Virus record (IMG/VR): IMGVR_UViG_3300034116_000957
Span: 1-61,937 of that record
DNA from: a virus
Taxonomy: Duplodnaviria; Caudoviricetes
Length of the DNA stretch: 61,937 bases
Direction: 5' to 3' (one strand)
Part shown: positions 46,360 to 56,348 of the stretch, piece after piece
Position numbering within the stretch: the stretch's first letter is position 1
Layout: each line of letters opens with the position of its first letter
Position numbers and translations under genes: made by a program
Notes under the pieces: generated by a model
Databases searched by the model: none
Seen by the model: the letters and a program-made list of their open reading frames with translations, nothing else
What the model was told of the DNA's origin: nothing

Positions 46360-46815
46360 TTGGTACAGATTGCTTACATACGCATGCGCGATCGTTCACG
46401 GGCACAGAAGATGGAGAAACAGACTCCAGGAGCAGCAGGTTACGACCTTGCAAATGGCACAGCTGACAGGGTTAGTATTCAGCCAGGAAAGCACGCTATC
46501 GTCAAGACTGGCATCAAGATTAGTATCCCTCAAGGATATGAGATCCAGATTAGAAGTCGCAGCGGACTCGCTGCCAAAAACGGTGTGATGGTACTAAACA
46601 GTCCAGGCACTATTGACTGTGATTACCAGGGCGAGATCTGTGTGATCCTGTATAACGCTGGCAGTGACGTATTCCACGTTGAGCCAGGCGCCAGAATCGC
46701 ACAGGCAGTCGTCAACAAGCTGCCAGACGTAGAACTGCACGAGACAGTAACCATGGATCTTTTTGAGGAGGAATCGAAGCGTGGGCAAAACGGATTTGGA
46801 AGCACCGGCTCTTAA
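46360..46815 (+). CDS. dut: dUTPase
   Basis: AAGYDL, RSRSGLA, NSPGTIDCDYQGEI, RIAQ and RG..GFGSTG motifs. Confidence 0.95.
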   Translation: MVQIAYIRMRDRSRAQKMEKQTPGAAGYDLANGTADRVSIQPGKHAIVKTGIKISIPQGYEIQIRSRSGLAAKNGVMVLNSPGTIDCDYQGEICVILYNAGSDVFHVEPGARIAQAVVNKLPDVELHETVTMDLFEEESKRGQNGFGSTGS

Positions 46816-47134
46816 TAGCCACTACATGGTTGCACGTGACACGCAACCTGTAGATATTGCAGATGCGTGGGATCTGGACCGTTATGAGTTCAGCGCACTC
46901 AAGTATCTCTACCGGAGGGGAAAAAAGGAAAACAACACACGTGAGTCAGACCTTCTTAAGGCTATCTGGTACCTCGTGTACGCCATTTCCAAGAACAAAA
47001 CCCTATGCGGTATGGTCATCGAGCTAGTTAAATTGCATCAAAAGTATAAGGACACCGACAATGAACCGAGCAACCAACAGGCCGATTGCGCTAAGAGCGA
47101 TCCGCAATTCCCGTTTGAACATTGGAGTAACTGA
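46781..47134 (+). CDS. DUF3310-like protein
   Basis: SHY...QPVD...ALKYLYRRGKK...DLLKAIWYL. Confidence 0.7.
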   Translation: MGKTDLEAPALNSHYMVARDTQPVDIADAWDLDRYEFSALKYLYRRGKKENNTRESDLLKAIWYLVYAISKNKTLCGMVIELVKLHQKYKDTDNEPSNQQADCAKSDPQFPFEHWSN

Positions 47135-47612
47135 AGAAGGTGGAGAAAATCGCGGCAAATCAGTTGAATCTTATCTCGCAAGTTGCGTTCCTATTCTTCC
47201 ACCCGGGGCTCCATGGTGCGTTGCTGTGGTTCGATTCAGACTAAAACAGGCAGCAACAGAACTAGGGTTCACATACGATGTGACTATGCCACGCACTGGG
47301 TACACACCAGACTACGTAGCATGGGCATACCGTACCAAGAAGTGGATTAGCGTAGCTCAGGCAAAAGCTGATCCTTCCTTGGTAAAAGAAGGCGACCTCG
47401 TCTGTTTCTATTTCCCACAGATGGGGCGACACGCTCACATGGGAATGGTAGATAAGGTCGGCGACTGGGGAGTACACACCGTAGAGGGCAATACTTCTCC
47501 TGAATTAGCTGACTCAGAGTTCGTAGATCGTGATGGTGATGGTTACTACCCAAAGGTGCGAAACTGGTCAGAACTTGGTTCTAAAGGTGGGTTTATCGCA
47601 TTAGACTTTTAG
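47061..47612 (+). CDS. CHAP-domain amidase (probable endolysin)
   Basis: GVTE.GGEN.G, PWC, GDLV, HMGMV and TVEGNT motifs. Confidence 0.85.
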   Translation: MNRATNRPIALRAIRNSRLNIGVTEEGGENRGKSVESYLASCVPILPPGAPWCVAVVRFRLKQAATELGFTYDVTMPRTGYTPDYVAWAYRTKKWISVAQAKADPSLVKEGDLVCFYFPQMGRHAHMGMVDKVGDWGVHTVEGNTSPELADSEFVDRDGDGYYPKVRNWSELGSKGGFIALDF

Positions 47613-47655
47613 GTATAATGTTTACGTTTGAAGTAACTAACAACTAGCCAAATGG

Positions 47656-47685
47656 AAAGCCTAGCATCACAGTGCTAGGCTTTTT
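47656..47685 (+). terminator. Rho-independent terminator
   Basis: AAAGCCTAGCA-TCACAG-TGCTAGGCTTTTT. Confidence 0.8.
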
Positions 47686-47744
47686 AGTTTTAAAAGGCAA
47701 AATGATATAATCCAGACGTTAACTATTTTTACTAAGGAGGTAAA

Positions 47745-48065
47745 ATGGAACGTCCGTACGAACCAAAGACACTGATCCACAATCTTCTAGACAAGCAACG
47801 CCTGTCGCAGCGAAGATTCTCAGACTACATGGGTGTTGATGCCCCAACTATCTCGACATGGTGCGCTGGAAAGCGTATGCCAACAGACCCAAACATCGAG
47901 AAGATGGCGGAAGTACTCCAGGTAGATCGTGACTACCTACGTGGTTACCTTATTGCCCTCAACATCGTGCGCTCACACACGCCAGTTGTTGCTAATCATG
48001 TAGCTGATCACATCAAAAAAGAAGTCGAAAACAGGTTTTTAGACAACCTGAACAAGGAATTGTAA
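47745..48065 (+). CDS. XRE-family HTH regulator
   Basis: LSQRRFSDYMGVDAPTISTWCAGKRMP; TG-A-TATAAT at 47703-47711 and AAGGAGG upstream. Confidence 0.85.
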   Translation: MERPYEPKTLIHNLLDKQRLSQRRFSDYMGVDAPTISTWCAGKRMPTDPNIEKMAEVLQVDRDYLRGYLIALNIVRSHTPVVANHVADHIKKEVENRFLDNLNKEL

Positions 48066-48449
48066 ATGCTGAATAAAGTTATTCTAACTGGACGCATGGT
48101 GGCAGACCCTGAGCCAGTTCAGACGTCGGGTAGCACATCTATCACCAAGGTACGTGTAGCAGTAGATCGCAAGGGCCGTGAAAAAGAGACGGACTTCTTT
48201 GACTGTACGGCGTTTGGGAAGACGGCGGAGTTTGTTGAGACGTACTTGAACAAGGGACGCATGGTCGCACTCGTTGGGCAGCTCCGTGTACGCTCGTATG
48301 ACGCCAAGGATGGAACTAAACGGAAGGTCTGGGAGATCGTTATCGATGAGATTCATCCTCTTGACTCACGGAAGGTCGAGGGCGGGGAACAACCCACCCG
48401 AACTTCAGCGCCTGTAGCAACAGATGACATTGAGGACCCATTCGCATGA
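48066..48449 (+). CDS. ssb: Single-stranded DNA-binding protein
   Basis: LNKVILTGR..DPE...AVDR...TDFF...KGRMVA; acidic DPF tail. Confidence 0.95.
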   Translation: MLNKVILTGRMVADPEPVQTSGSTSITKVRVAVDRKGREKETDFFDCTAFGKTAEFVETYLNKGRMVALVGQLRVRSYDAKDGTKRKVWEIVIDEIHPLDSRKVEGGEQPTRTSAPVATDDIEDPFA

Positions 48450-48709
48450 CACGCGAGCGGATCAACGAGATCTGCGAAAGTGCAGTAGGCGATGAAGCTG
48501 GCACATTACTGGCTGATGGGCTAGATGCTGGATTTCTTGGTGTTACTGACGATGGCGTGGCTGTGTACAGTAAAGAAAAATGCGTTCGTGCACTCATGGA
48601 ACAAGACGGTCTATCTGATGAAGAAGCCATTGAATTCCTCGAGTTCAACACATTTAGCACTTACGTGGGTGAGATGACACCAATGTTCATCAATACCGGA
48701 TGGGATTAA
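48446..48709 (+). CDS. Phage hypothetical protein
   Basis: ADGLDAGFLG...AVY...EEAIEFLEFN...YVGE.TP pattern. Confidence 0.7.
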   Translation: MTRERINEICESAVGDEAGTLLADGLDAGFLGVTDDGVAVYSKEKCVRALMEQDGLSDEEAIEFLEFNTFSTYVGEMTPMFINTGWD

Positions 48710-48954
48710 CAGTCCCAGGCTCTGAGTGACTTATTGATGCGGCTATTCGGATCGTTTGCTGTCTTACTCGATGTGTTCTTGGCCTTCATGCCTGACATGC
48801 GAGCACAGAAAGACTTCCGTCTAGCTGCATCTTTAGGTGTTTTTGGGTTTGGGGCAGGTGGTTTGAGGTTGGCGCCAGTCGTTTTCTTGAAATATGCGCG
48901 ACCTGCAGAATTGAGACCACCTGCTGGGTTTTGATGCTTTTTAGTTACGCCCAT
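48706..48954 (-). CDS. Basic phage protein (DUF6321-like)
   Basis: NPAGGLN..GRA...RRKSFCARM.GM...SRINKSLRAWDC. Confidence 0.65.
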   Translation of the reverse strand: MGVTKKHQNPAGGLNSAGRAYFKKTTGANLKPPAPNPKTPKDAARRKSFCARMSGMKAKNTSSKTANDPNSRINKSLRAWDC

Positions 48955-48965
48955 GGCGCATTGTA

Positions 48966-49037
48966 CTCCCACTGCTGGGATCGAACCAGCGACCCTCCGG
49001 TTAACAGCCGGATGCTCTACCGCTGAGCTAAGTGGGA
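48966..49037 (-). tRNA. tRNA-Asn (GTT), CCA not encoded
   Basis: TCCCACT/AGTGGGA acceptor; TAGCTCAGCGGTAGAGC D arm; TCCGG-CTGTTAA-CCGGA anticodon arm; GCTGG-TTCGATC-CCAGC T arm. Confidence 0.95.
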
Positions 49038-49044
49038 TTAATCG

Positions 49045-49359
49045 TTACTTGATGTAGCCTAGCTTACGTGCCTTCTGTACGGCCTGTACACGGGCACCAC
49101 GGCCACTACAACCAAGCTTCCAGTACATTGCATCCATGTGGAATTGAACGGTCCTGTGGCTGATCAGAAGCGACTGAGCCATCTGCTTAGCAGTCATGCC
49201 TCCGGACATCATCTTTACGATTTCCTTCTCGCGTGGACTGAGCTCGTACGATCCATCAGTTGGTTTTACGGCTTCAGTTTCGGTTTCTTCACCGACCTTC
49301 TTCCACTCAAAACCATCAAAATATTCGCCTTCACGTCGGCCTGGTGTTTCTTCTTCCAT
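49045..49359 (-). CDS. LuxR-family HTH regulator
   Basis: LSPREKEIV....G...KQMA..L.IS.RTV.FH....Y.KLG. Confidence 0.9.
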   Translation of the reverse strand: MEEETPGRREGEYFDGFEWKKVGEETETEAVKPTDGSYELSPREKEIVKMMSGGMTAKQMAQSLLISHRTVQFHMDAMYWKLGCSGRGARVQAVQKARKLGYIK

Positions 49360-49440
49360 ATGAATATTCCTTGATGTACAATCTGGTTATGTAATACATG
49401 CAGTATTAGCAAGTAAGTATAACACACAGGAATCATAGAC

Positions 49441-50154
49441 ATGCCACAAGGTATAACTGAAAAAACACCAGACGCAGTGGTTAAGCGATACGAAGAAACC
49501 GGTGACAAAGGTATTCGTCGTGATAGGTCATACGCACAGCGTGAAAACCTTAAAGAAGCTGGTGTAAAACCTTTGACACGATCTGCCACTGGGTTAGTGG
49601 ATAAGCCTTCCAAAGTAACTGGTAATGTCAGGACTACGTCACCTACTGGTCGACAAGTTGAATCGCGGCTGTTGACTAAAGCAGGAAAAGAAGCAGGGCT
49701 CAAAGTTGGCACTGGATTAAAATCAGCTAAAACCCGGTTGCCAAAACCAGTAGTTGCTAAAATTGAATCAACTGCTAGTAAAACATCTGAAAAAACAGTC
49801 ACTACCAGAGATGCAGGAAACGCAAAGTACTTACGTGGAAAGCTATCTACACAAGCTAAAGCTGCAGCAAGTGCACCTGCACCAATAAAACAATCAACTC
49901 CATTGTCTCGTGCAGGAGCTGAAGCTGGAAAGATGGTTAAAAACACTGCAACCGCTATGACTGCGGTAGCACAAAATAATCCAGCTGTTACAGCTGCTTA
50001 TAATATTGCGGAATTAGATAAGGCTACTGGTTATAAACGAACTAAATTTAGTGGGAATTTTGGTGGTCCGTCATTTAGTTCTAATCCATATGCTAAAACA
50101 AATTTATCAGCACCTTCAATGAGGAGCATGCTTGGCATGCCAAAGGGGAAGTAA
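49441..50154 (+). CDS. Basic Lys/Thr/Ala-rich protein
   Basis: 237-aa ORF; low complexity. Confidence 0.6.
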   Translation: MPQGITEKTPDAVVKRYEETGDKGIRRDRSYAQRENLKEAGVKPLTRSATGLVDKPSKVTGNVRTTSPTGRQVESRLLTKAGKEAGLKVGTGLKSAKTRLPKPVVAKIESTASKTSEKTVTTRDAGNAKYLRGKLSTQAKAAASAPAPIKQSTPLSRAGAEAGKMVKNTATAMTAVAQNNPAVTAAYNIAELDKATGYKRTKFSGNFGGPSFSSNPYAKTNLSAPSMRSMLGMPKGK

Positions 50155-50402
50155 TGGCTATTGGACAGATGAACAAGCATGTCAATCACTTGAGTATGCG
50201 TAAACTGCTTGGGATTGAGCAGAAAGAGCATGGCTTGAAGCAAAAGCCAGGCGTTAAAGATCTGCCATCTATGGAGCAAAAGGAACACGGCCTCAAGAAT
50301 AAACCGTCTATGAAGCAGATCCAGCGCATGGAACAAAAAGAACATGTCAAGGACGGCAACATCGTTATTGGTAAGGGTTATGAAAAGGGGAAGAAGAAAT
50401 GA
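50154..50402 (+). CDS. Small basic protein with 3 EQKEH repeats
   Basis: EQKEHGLK twice plus EQKEHVK. Confidence 0.6.
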   Translation: MAIGQMNKHVNHLSMRKLLGIEQKEHGLKQKPGVKDLPSMEQKEHGLKNKPSMKQIQRMEQKEHVKDGNIVIGKGYEKGKKK

Positions 50403-50566
50403 AGTGCAAGGGATGCGGTAAGGGAATGGTTGGCGGCAAGTGTCCAGGTTGCGAAGGCAAGTCCATGGGTCAAATGATGGGCATGCAGAAGGGCATGAAG
50501 AAGGGTATGGATTCTAAGTCTAAGGGCAAGAAGTCTATGCCTATGGGATTCATGCGTGGCAAGTAG
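50399..50566 (+). CDS. Small Lys/Gly/Met-rich protein (55 aa, not in ORF track)
   Basis: MKCKGCGKGMVGGKCPGC...; ATGA overlap. Confidence 0.55.
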   Translation: MKCKGCGKGMVGGKCPGCEGKSMGQMMGMQKGMKKGMDSKSKGKKSMPMGFMRGK

Positions 50567-50768
50567 GAAAGTAGTACCTACCGAAGAAGAGGTGAAGGTG
50601 GTACTACCAAATCAGCCTCAAAGCACCCGGCAAATGCCAATGCAGGGTAATCGTCGCTTAAACATGGCAAGGGCGCAGAATGGCCTCACAGGGATCTCAC
50701 AGCGCATGTCTATGAATAATCTCATGGGTCTTGCTGCACGCAAGTCTCCTTACGGACCAGGGAACTAA
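50556..50768 (+). CDS. Hypothetical basic protein
   Basis: 70-aa ORF in a tight operon. Confidence 0.5.
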   Translation: MASRKVVPTEEEVKVVLPNQPQSTRQMPMQGNRRLNMARAQNGLTGISQRMSMNNLMGLAARKSPYGPGN

Positions 50769-50770
50769 TT

Positions 50771-52960
50771 ATGCCACAAGAACAACTCACTAAAGATGAT
50801 GAGAAAACAAGCAGGGATTTAAAAACCACTGCAGCTATCGGTTTAGCTGGGTTGTTGGGCATTCCTGTTGCTGAAGCAGGACGCAAGCAAATCGTCGGTG
50901 CCAAGATCCTCAAAATGATGGAGCGCGGGGATCTTGGAAAAGAATTTTTAGCTAAAGGCGGCAAGTCGGTTGTAGGTAAAACCGCATTAGATCAAACCAA
51001 ACAGTTTGCTCCTGATCAAAAACGTGTAAAAACCACAATTACTGGCAAGGACGTCAGGAATGCTGCGCTAGATCCTGCACTGAGACAGCAAATACATGAC
51101 CTTGTTGCATCAGAAGTACAGCGCCTTAAGAAGGTAACGTCTGGGATTACGCAGCCAATTACAGAGGCTATAAGTCCTACTGCTGTTAATAAAAGTGCTC
51201 GCAGGAAATTTGTTCCAGAGCAAAAAAGACAAGTTGCGGCTAAGCAGAAACAATCTACTGCTGCATATAACGCACGTGTTAAAAGATCTGAAGCAGCAAA
51301 GGCCGCTTCTGCTGCAAAACGTATCGATGCCGAAATATCACAACAAGTTATTGGCATGAATAGAGATGACAAGCTAAGAGGCACTGGCATTGGAATTAAC
51401 GAGGCTATATCTAAACGTATTCCAGAACTTGGAAAAGAGCGGAGCAGGTTAGTAGCATCTCGTAATAAATTAAATAAAGAGCTTGGAGAAAAGCCAAAGC
51501 GAGGAAGAACTCAAGCAAGCAGAGATGCCGCTATCGCATGGGACGCTAAACAACAGCAAATAAAGGCTATTAATGACCAAATAGCAAAGTTAGACGCAAT
51601 AATTGTGCCAAGTGGTCAATTACGCGTCAACCCTCAATTACCTGTTACTGAGTTACCGGGAGCAGCTGCTCCTATCATTGGACGTATGCCAGGTACTGAA
51701 CCAACTAGCACATTTTTCCGAGGTGGACAAAGTGTTCCGATTGCTAGACAACAATTTAATGAAGACATAACTGATTTAGGAAGGCTACAAAGAGATGTCC
51801 TTCCATTTGGTTTAACACCACCTAATTTCAGTCAACCACAGGGGTCTATGTCAATATTTACGGACCCAACAAATCCTGCGGCTCGAGGAACGACTACTTC
51901 ATTCCCTGGCGCAATAGAGACTCAGCGATATTTTGACGTGGCTGCACCTGGCACACCCCAGTTCACGCCTCAGCAAGGACCGATGCCAGAGCCATCACCA
52001 ACAATACGGGACAGATTTCTTGAGAAATACGACCCTGCCGGATACCAGGCAATACAAGATCAATTTACGGAAGCAATGGATACGTTTAATCCTGCCAACG
52101 TTAATAGTCGATATGACCCTACAGGTCAAACAAAAGTAAGTCCTGCTGAACGCACAGGTCGTATTATGAGGATGGCAGCTGAAAAGCAAGCTGGAAACAA
52201 AACCGACCCGACGTTAATAGACAGAATCTTAAAGATGTTTAACGTAACTGGGAATGTTTCTCCTGAAGTAGCGGCAAACATTGGTAGTCAAGCAACTGTT
52301 CAAGCTAAGAATGCAGTGGCTACAAAGGCTTGGCAAGCAGCTAACCCGAAAGTTGCGTTTGACCCAGCAAACGCGCAGCATGTTGAGCAACTTGCTGGAA
52401 TGGGTTGGCAAGATCCTTTGTCTGTACGGCAAACAAGTGTTATTAGCAACGCCGCGAATAACGCTGCCAGTGTTGGTGACATCAAGGTACCAAGGACAAG
52501 GCTTGGCATGAATGCAGCTGCCGCTGACGCTGGGAGAGCACTCGGGCTTAAAGGTACACAATCATTTAATCCAGACCTCAAGGTTGGTGATGTTAACCTT
52601 GGTAAGTTAAACAAGTGGGTGACAGGTGGATCAATAGTTGGCACTGGTGCAATGCTTGGTTACAACTACCTTAGAGGTAAGGGTGCTGAGAAAGATGCGG
52701 CAGTAACAGCAAAAAAAGCTCCAAAGCCAGCAGCAACAGGTACTGAACCAGACGCATTACAATCATGGTCACTTAAACAGTGGAATAGTATTGCAGGAAA
52801 GCAAGGTAATGAGTATCAGAAAGGCCAAGATATTTACAATGCAGTTGTAAATAAGGCGCAATCCGAAGGGTGGTGGCAAGACCCAAAATATGAAGAAAAA
52901 AAGAAAAAGATTCAATCTTTTTGGATGACTTTTGCAAAACAACGCGATGGCGGAAAGTAG
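50771..52960 (+). CDS. Large Ala/Lys/Gln-rich protein, possibly virion-internal
   Basis: 729 aa; no Cys seen; two hydrophobic patches. Confidence 0.55.
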   Translation: MPQEQLTKDDEKTSRDLKTTAAIGLAGLLGIPVAEAGRKQIVGAKILKMMERGDLGKEFLAKGGKSVVGKTALDQTKQFAPDQKRVKTTITGKDVRNAALDPALRQQIHDLVASEVQRLKKVTSGITQPITEAISPTAVNKSARRKFVPEQKRQVAAKQKQSTAAYNARVKRSEAAKAASAAKRIDAEISQQVIGMNRDDKLRGTGIGINEAISKRIPELGKERSRLVASRNKLNKELGEKPKRGRTQASRDAAIAWDAKQQQIKAINDQIAKLDAIIVPSGQLRVNPQLPVTELPGAAAPIIGRMPGTEPTSTFFRGGQSVPIARQQFNEDITDLGRLQRDVLPFGLTPPNFSQPQGSMSIFTDPTNPAARGTTTSFPGAIETQRYFDVAAPGTPQFTPQQGPMPEPSPTIRDRFLEKYDPAGYQAIQDQFTEAMDTFNPANVNSRYDPTGQTKVSPAERTGRIMRMAAEKQAGNKTDPTLIDRILKMFNVTGNVSPEVAANIGSQATVQAKNAVATKAWQAANPKVAFDPANAQHVEQLAGMGWQDPLSVRQTSVISNAANNAASVGDIKVPRTRLGMNAAAADAGRALGLKGTQSFNPDLKVGDVNLGKLNKWVTGGSIVGTGAMLGYNYLRGKGAEKDAAVTAKKAPKPAATGTEPDALQSWSLKQWNSIAGKQGNEYQKGQDIYNAVVNKAQSEGWWQDPKYEEKKKKIQSFWMTFAKQRDGGK

Positions 52961-52968
52961 CATAAACA

Positions 52969-53727
52969 GTGGGTAACGAAACTCTTATCGCTAAGCAGAT
53001 GCTTGGTTTGCTAAAAGCAGGCCGAGGAAAAATTGCTCCTATGGCAAAAGCTATTGCTCCGGGTGCTTACGATCAAGCTGTTAACTGGATGGATATGCTA
53101 TTTGATCCACCCAAGGTTGCTATGGAGAAGTATGCATCAGATTTTAACCCTTCTGCCTCAGTAGTTAAAACGTTGCAGAAAGTTAGAGATTTTGCTGGAA
53201 ACATAGGAGGAATCCCTATGGCTCCACCTTTTTTAGGTCAAGGCTCACACTCAAGAGGATATGTACCAGAGACAAAATTCACATTAAGTCCATGGGGCAT
53301 GTCTGGTATGGGCAGTATGGGTAACATGTACGATCCATACTTAGAAGCTGCTGTAAAGCACAATCAGGGAATGAAGCAAACTGAAGAAGCTCAAGATGCG
53401 GCAGCCAGTAAACCATTTGAAGACTGGGAAGCTTTGCAGCAACGAGCAGCAGCAAGGCATAAAGAAACTATTGCTTTCCAGCAAAAAATGCGCACTGACC
53501 CTCGTGTTTTAAAAGCAGCAAATAACGATCCAAAACAAGTTGCAAGAATTGTTCATGAAATGACAAAGTTGAATAATGCACGCAATTCATTCAACCCAGG
53601 TGACATTATCAGATACTACAACACTGCAAATGACGTACCTTTTGGATCGTTAAAGGCTGGGCCTATGACCGAGAATTGGTACGACTTGTCTGACAGAACG
53701 GGCCGTAGACCGTACATCATCCGCTAG
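52969..53727 (+). CDS. Hypothetical protein
   Basis: 252-aa ORF. Confidence 0.55.
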   Translation: MGNETLIAKQMLGLLKAGRGKIAPMAKAIAPGAYDQAVNWMDMLFDPPKVAMEKYASDFNPSASVVKTLQKVRDFAGNIGGIPMAPPFLGQGSHSRGYVPETKFTLSPWGMSGMGSMGNMYDPYLEAAVKHNQGMKQTEEAQDAAASKPFEDWEALQQRAAARHKETIAFQQKMRTDPRVLKAANNDPKQVARIVHEMTKLNNARNSFNPGDIIRYYNTANDVPFGSLKAGPMTENWYDLSDRTGRRPYIIR

Positions 53728-53747
53728 TAAGTTGGTATTATTAATGC

Positions 53748-54500
53748 ATGTCAGACATAGTAACAATCGACGGTAAACGGTACAGAGTTACAGATAACCG
53801 GAAAGTATTGCTGTGCAATGGGACAACAGTTGATGAAAATGGACCACGCCCGTGTAATGCTATGGCTCTTAAGGGTCGTGATTATTGCGGTCATCATGGC
53901 GGCAGGTCTCTCATAGGGCCAGCTCACCCTAACTTCATTACCGGCCTTGATTCCAAGAACTACAAAAGGTTTAGCAATGTAGGCAAAGACTTACTAAAGA
54001 AGATCGAAACACTACGAGAAGACCCTGACTTATTCAGCCTAAAGGACGATGCTGCCTTTATCACAGCCATCATGGACGCCCGGGCAGAAGCAGCCGCCGA
54101 AGGTGTTGGTATTGACCAATACAAAAAAGTGCAAGCGGCTTACTCGTTGGCTCATAGTAAATTGGGGTCTCCAGACTTCATCGACTCGTTTGAACAGATT
54201 GGCGATGTGTTGACTGAAACACTTGATCAGTACGCAGCGTCCAGAGACGTTATTGAACTTATAGAGAAACGCGTCGGCATTGTAGAAGCCGAGCATAAGA
54301 TGATGCATCAGAAAGCTTATACACTGGAAGTTGATCAAGCATTTAGCCTTGCAATGCAAGTACTAGACATCGTGCGCGAGAATGTACATAACGCTGAGGA
54401 GTTAATTGCTATTCGAGCCGGGGTACAGAGGCTATTGAAGGTGTACAAGAGTGAAGATGATGAAGTCATCGACGCGGAGGTAATTGATGAATCTGCGTGA
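53748..54500 (+). CDS. Probable terminase small subunit (Cys/HGG motif)
   Basis: C...C...C..HGG.S motif; directly upstream of the large subunit. Confidence 0.65.
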   Translation: MSDIVTIDGKRYRVTDNRKVLLCNGTTVDENGPRPCNAMALKGRDYCGHHGGRSLIGPAHPNFITGLDSKNYKRFSNVGKDLLKKIETLREDPDLFSLKDDAAFITAIMDARAEAAAEGVGIDQYKKVQAAYSLAHSKLGSPDFIDSFEQIGDVLTETLDQYAASRDVIELIEKRVGIVEAEHKMMHQKAYTLEVDQAFSLAMQVLDIVRENVHNAEELIAIRAGVQRLLKVYKSEDDEVIDAEVIDESA

Positions 54501-56220
54501 TCTGGAGAAGATGACTCCAAAGAAGTTCAAGCAATTTGCTCGTCCGGATAAACCGTTGACGCATGCTTTGCTTGAAGCAATGGACGCCAGGCTGAAAGAA
54601 GTTATTGAAACTGGTGACTACGACAGTGGAAAGGCATTCAAGATTAACGGATCAGAACTGGACTACCTCACGTGGCTCAAAACGTTTGCCCCGCACGCTG
54701 CGTCATCAGAGCTTGCACCACATCACAAACGCGCCTGGGATTGGGCTGAAGGACTCGAGCAGGGGGTAACGCCACCTGCACTTATTGAGTGTTGGTTCCG
54801 TGGTGGCGGCAAAAGCACCACGATGGAACTTATCTCAGCTCGCATTGCTGTGAAAGGTACCCGTAGGTTTCTTCTCTACGTGTGCAGTACACAGGAAGCA
54901 GCCGACCGCCACGTAACTGACATTGCCAACGCAATGGAACGCTGTGGAATTGAAAGGGCTATGAACAAGTATGGCTTTTCTAAGGGCTGGAATGCGTCAA
55001 AGCTTAGGACTGCTAACGGGTTTAACGTTCTTGCTTTTGGGCTCGATACTGGTGCTCGTGGTGTTAAGTTGGACCATCTTCGTCCAGATTTCATTATCCT
55101 GGACGACATTGATGAGTTGGATGACTCAGTTAATCGAGTCGAGAAAAAAGTAGCAACAATCACGCAAACTATTTTGCCAGCAAAGTCAAACGACTGCGCT
55201 GTCGTATTTGTGCAAAACCGTATTCACGCCAACAGTGTTATGTCTCAGGTGTTGTCTGGAGAGCTGGACATGCTGCAGAATCGCGTGCAAAGCCCTATTG
55301 TCCCGGCCATTAATGACCTTCGCTACGAGCCTGTCGAAAAAGAAGACGGGCGTATGGGTTACAGAATTACTAGCGGCACTCCTTCATGGAAGCACAAAGA
55401 CCTTGAGGTGTGCCAACAAGAGATTGATACGTACGGTCTCATTTCATTCTTGCGCGAGTGCCAGCACGATGTTGGTGTCGGTGGACGGTTCTTCCCTGAA
55501 TTCAAGCAGCACGACGATAAGGGTAATCCTTGGCACGTAGTTGACACCATTGACTTTAAGCCTTGGTGGAGATACTGGGCAAGCCACGACTTTGGTACTA
55601 ACGCTCCATGTGCATTTTATCTGTACTGCAGTGACGAGCATGAAAACGTGTACGTCATTGGAGAGATCTATAAGGCAGGTATGGTTTCCAGCCAACAGGC
55701 TGAGGCTGCGCTAGAGTTGCTTGAGAAGTTTAAGATGGCTGAGCCGGTTGATCCAGAGCGCCGCACTGGTGAATGGAAGACAAGGCTTGAAGCTATTGCG
55801 TTCGACTGGGGTAACACGTTCCCGCCAGACAACCCAGCACAACGCATTGGTGAGTATCCTGTCGAGGTCTGGTGGCGTAAGGGTATGCCAGCTGTAAGAG
55901 CTGTCAAAGACCGCAAGGCTGGATGGCGCCGGGTCAAGGAATGGTTGTCAGCAACAAGAATGACAGACGGAGCTGTTACGCCAAAGTTCAGAATCTTGCG
56001 CAATGGATGCCCTAACTTGATTCGTGAATTGGAAGCTGCGATGGCTGATCCTCGAGATCCAGAAGACCTCGACAACGGTACGAAATCAGACCACGCGCTC
56101 GACTCCTGTCGATACGGCGTCATGTGGCGTGAGTATCCTGTGTCTTGTGATTCAGTTCAGTCACAAGGGAAGTTTAATCCTACGTGGCTTGTCAAAAAAT
56201 CACCGGAGGACTTTGTATGA
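54487..56220 (+). CDS. terL: Terminase large subunit
   Basis: RGGGKST Walker A, RPDFIILDD Walker B, HDFG nuclease motif, DHALDSCRY. Confidence 0.9.
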   Translation: MNLRDLEKMTPKKFKQFARPDKPLTHALLEAMDARLKEVIETGDYDSGKAFKINGSELDYLTWLKTFAPHAASSELAPHHKRAWDWAEGLEQGVTPPALIECWFRGGGKSTTMELISARIAVKGTRRFLLYVCSTQEAADRHVTDIANAMERCGIERAMNKYGFSKGWNASKLRTANGFNVLAFGLDTGARGVKLDHLRPDFIILDDIDELDDSVNRVEKKVATITQTILPAKSNDCAVVFVQNRIHANSVMSQVLSGELDMLQNRVQSPIVPAINDLRYEPVEKEDGRMGYRITSGTPSWKHKDLEVCQQEIDTYGLISFLRECQHDVGVGGRFFPEFKQHDDKGNPWHVVDTIDFKPWWRYWASHDFGTNAPCAFYLYCSDEHENVYVIGEIYKAGMVSSQQAEAALELLEKFKMAEPVDPERRTGEWKTRLEAIAFDWGNTFPPDNPAQRIGEYPVEVWWRKGMPAVRAVKDRKAGWRRVKEWLSATRMTDGAVTPKFRILRNGCPNLIRELEAAMADPRDPEDLDNGTKSDHALDSCRYGVMWREYPVSCDSVQSQGKFNPTWLVKKSPEDFV

Positions 56221-56348
56221 TCTATGTGGTTTCAATTGTCACAATAGTTAACTTGTACATTAGTGTTATCGTATACTTGCAATTGAAGCGTATTACAGGG
56301 ATGGGGATAGAACTGCCATTCATTCATTACGGGGATAAGTACATCTAA
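56217..56348 (+). CDS. Small membrane protein (43 aa)
   Basis: GGAGG RBS; overlaps terL stop and portal start; hydrophobic N-terminus. Confidence 0.5.
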   Translation: MIYVVSIVTIVNLYISVIVYLQLKRITGMGIELPFIHYGDKYI

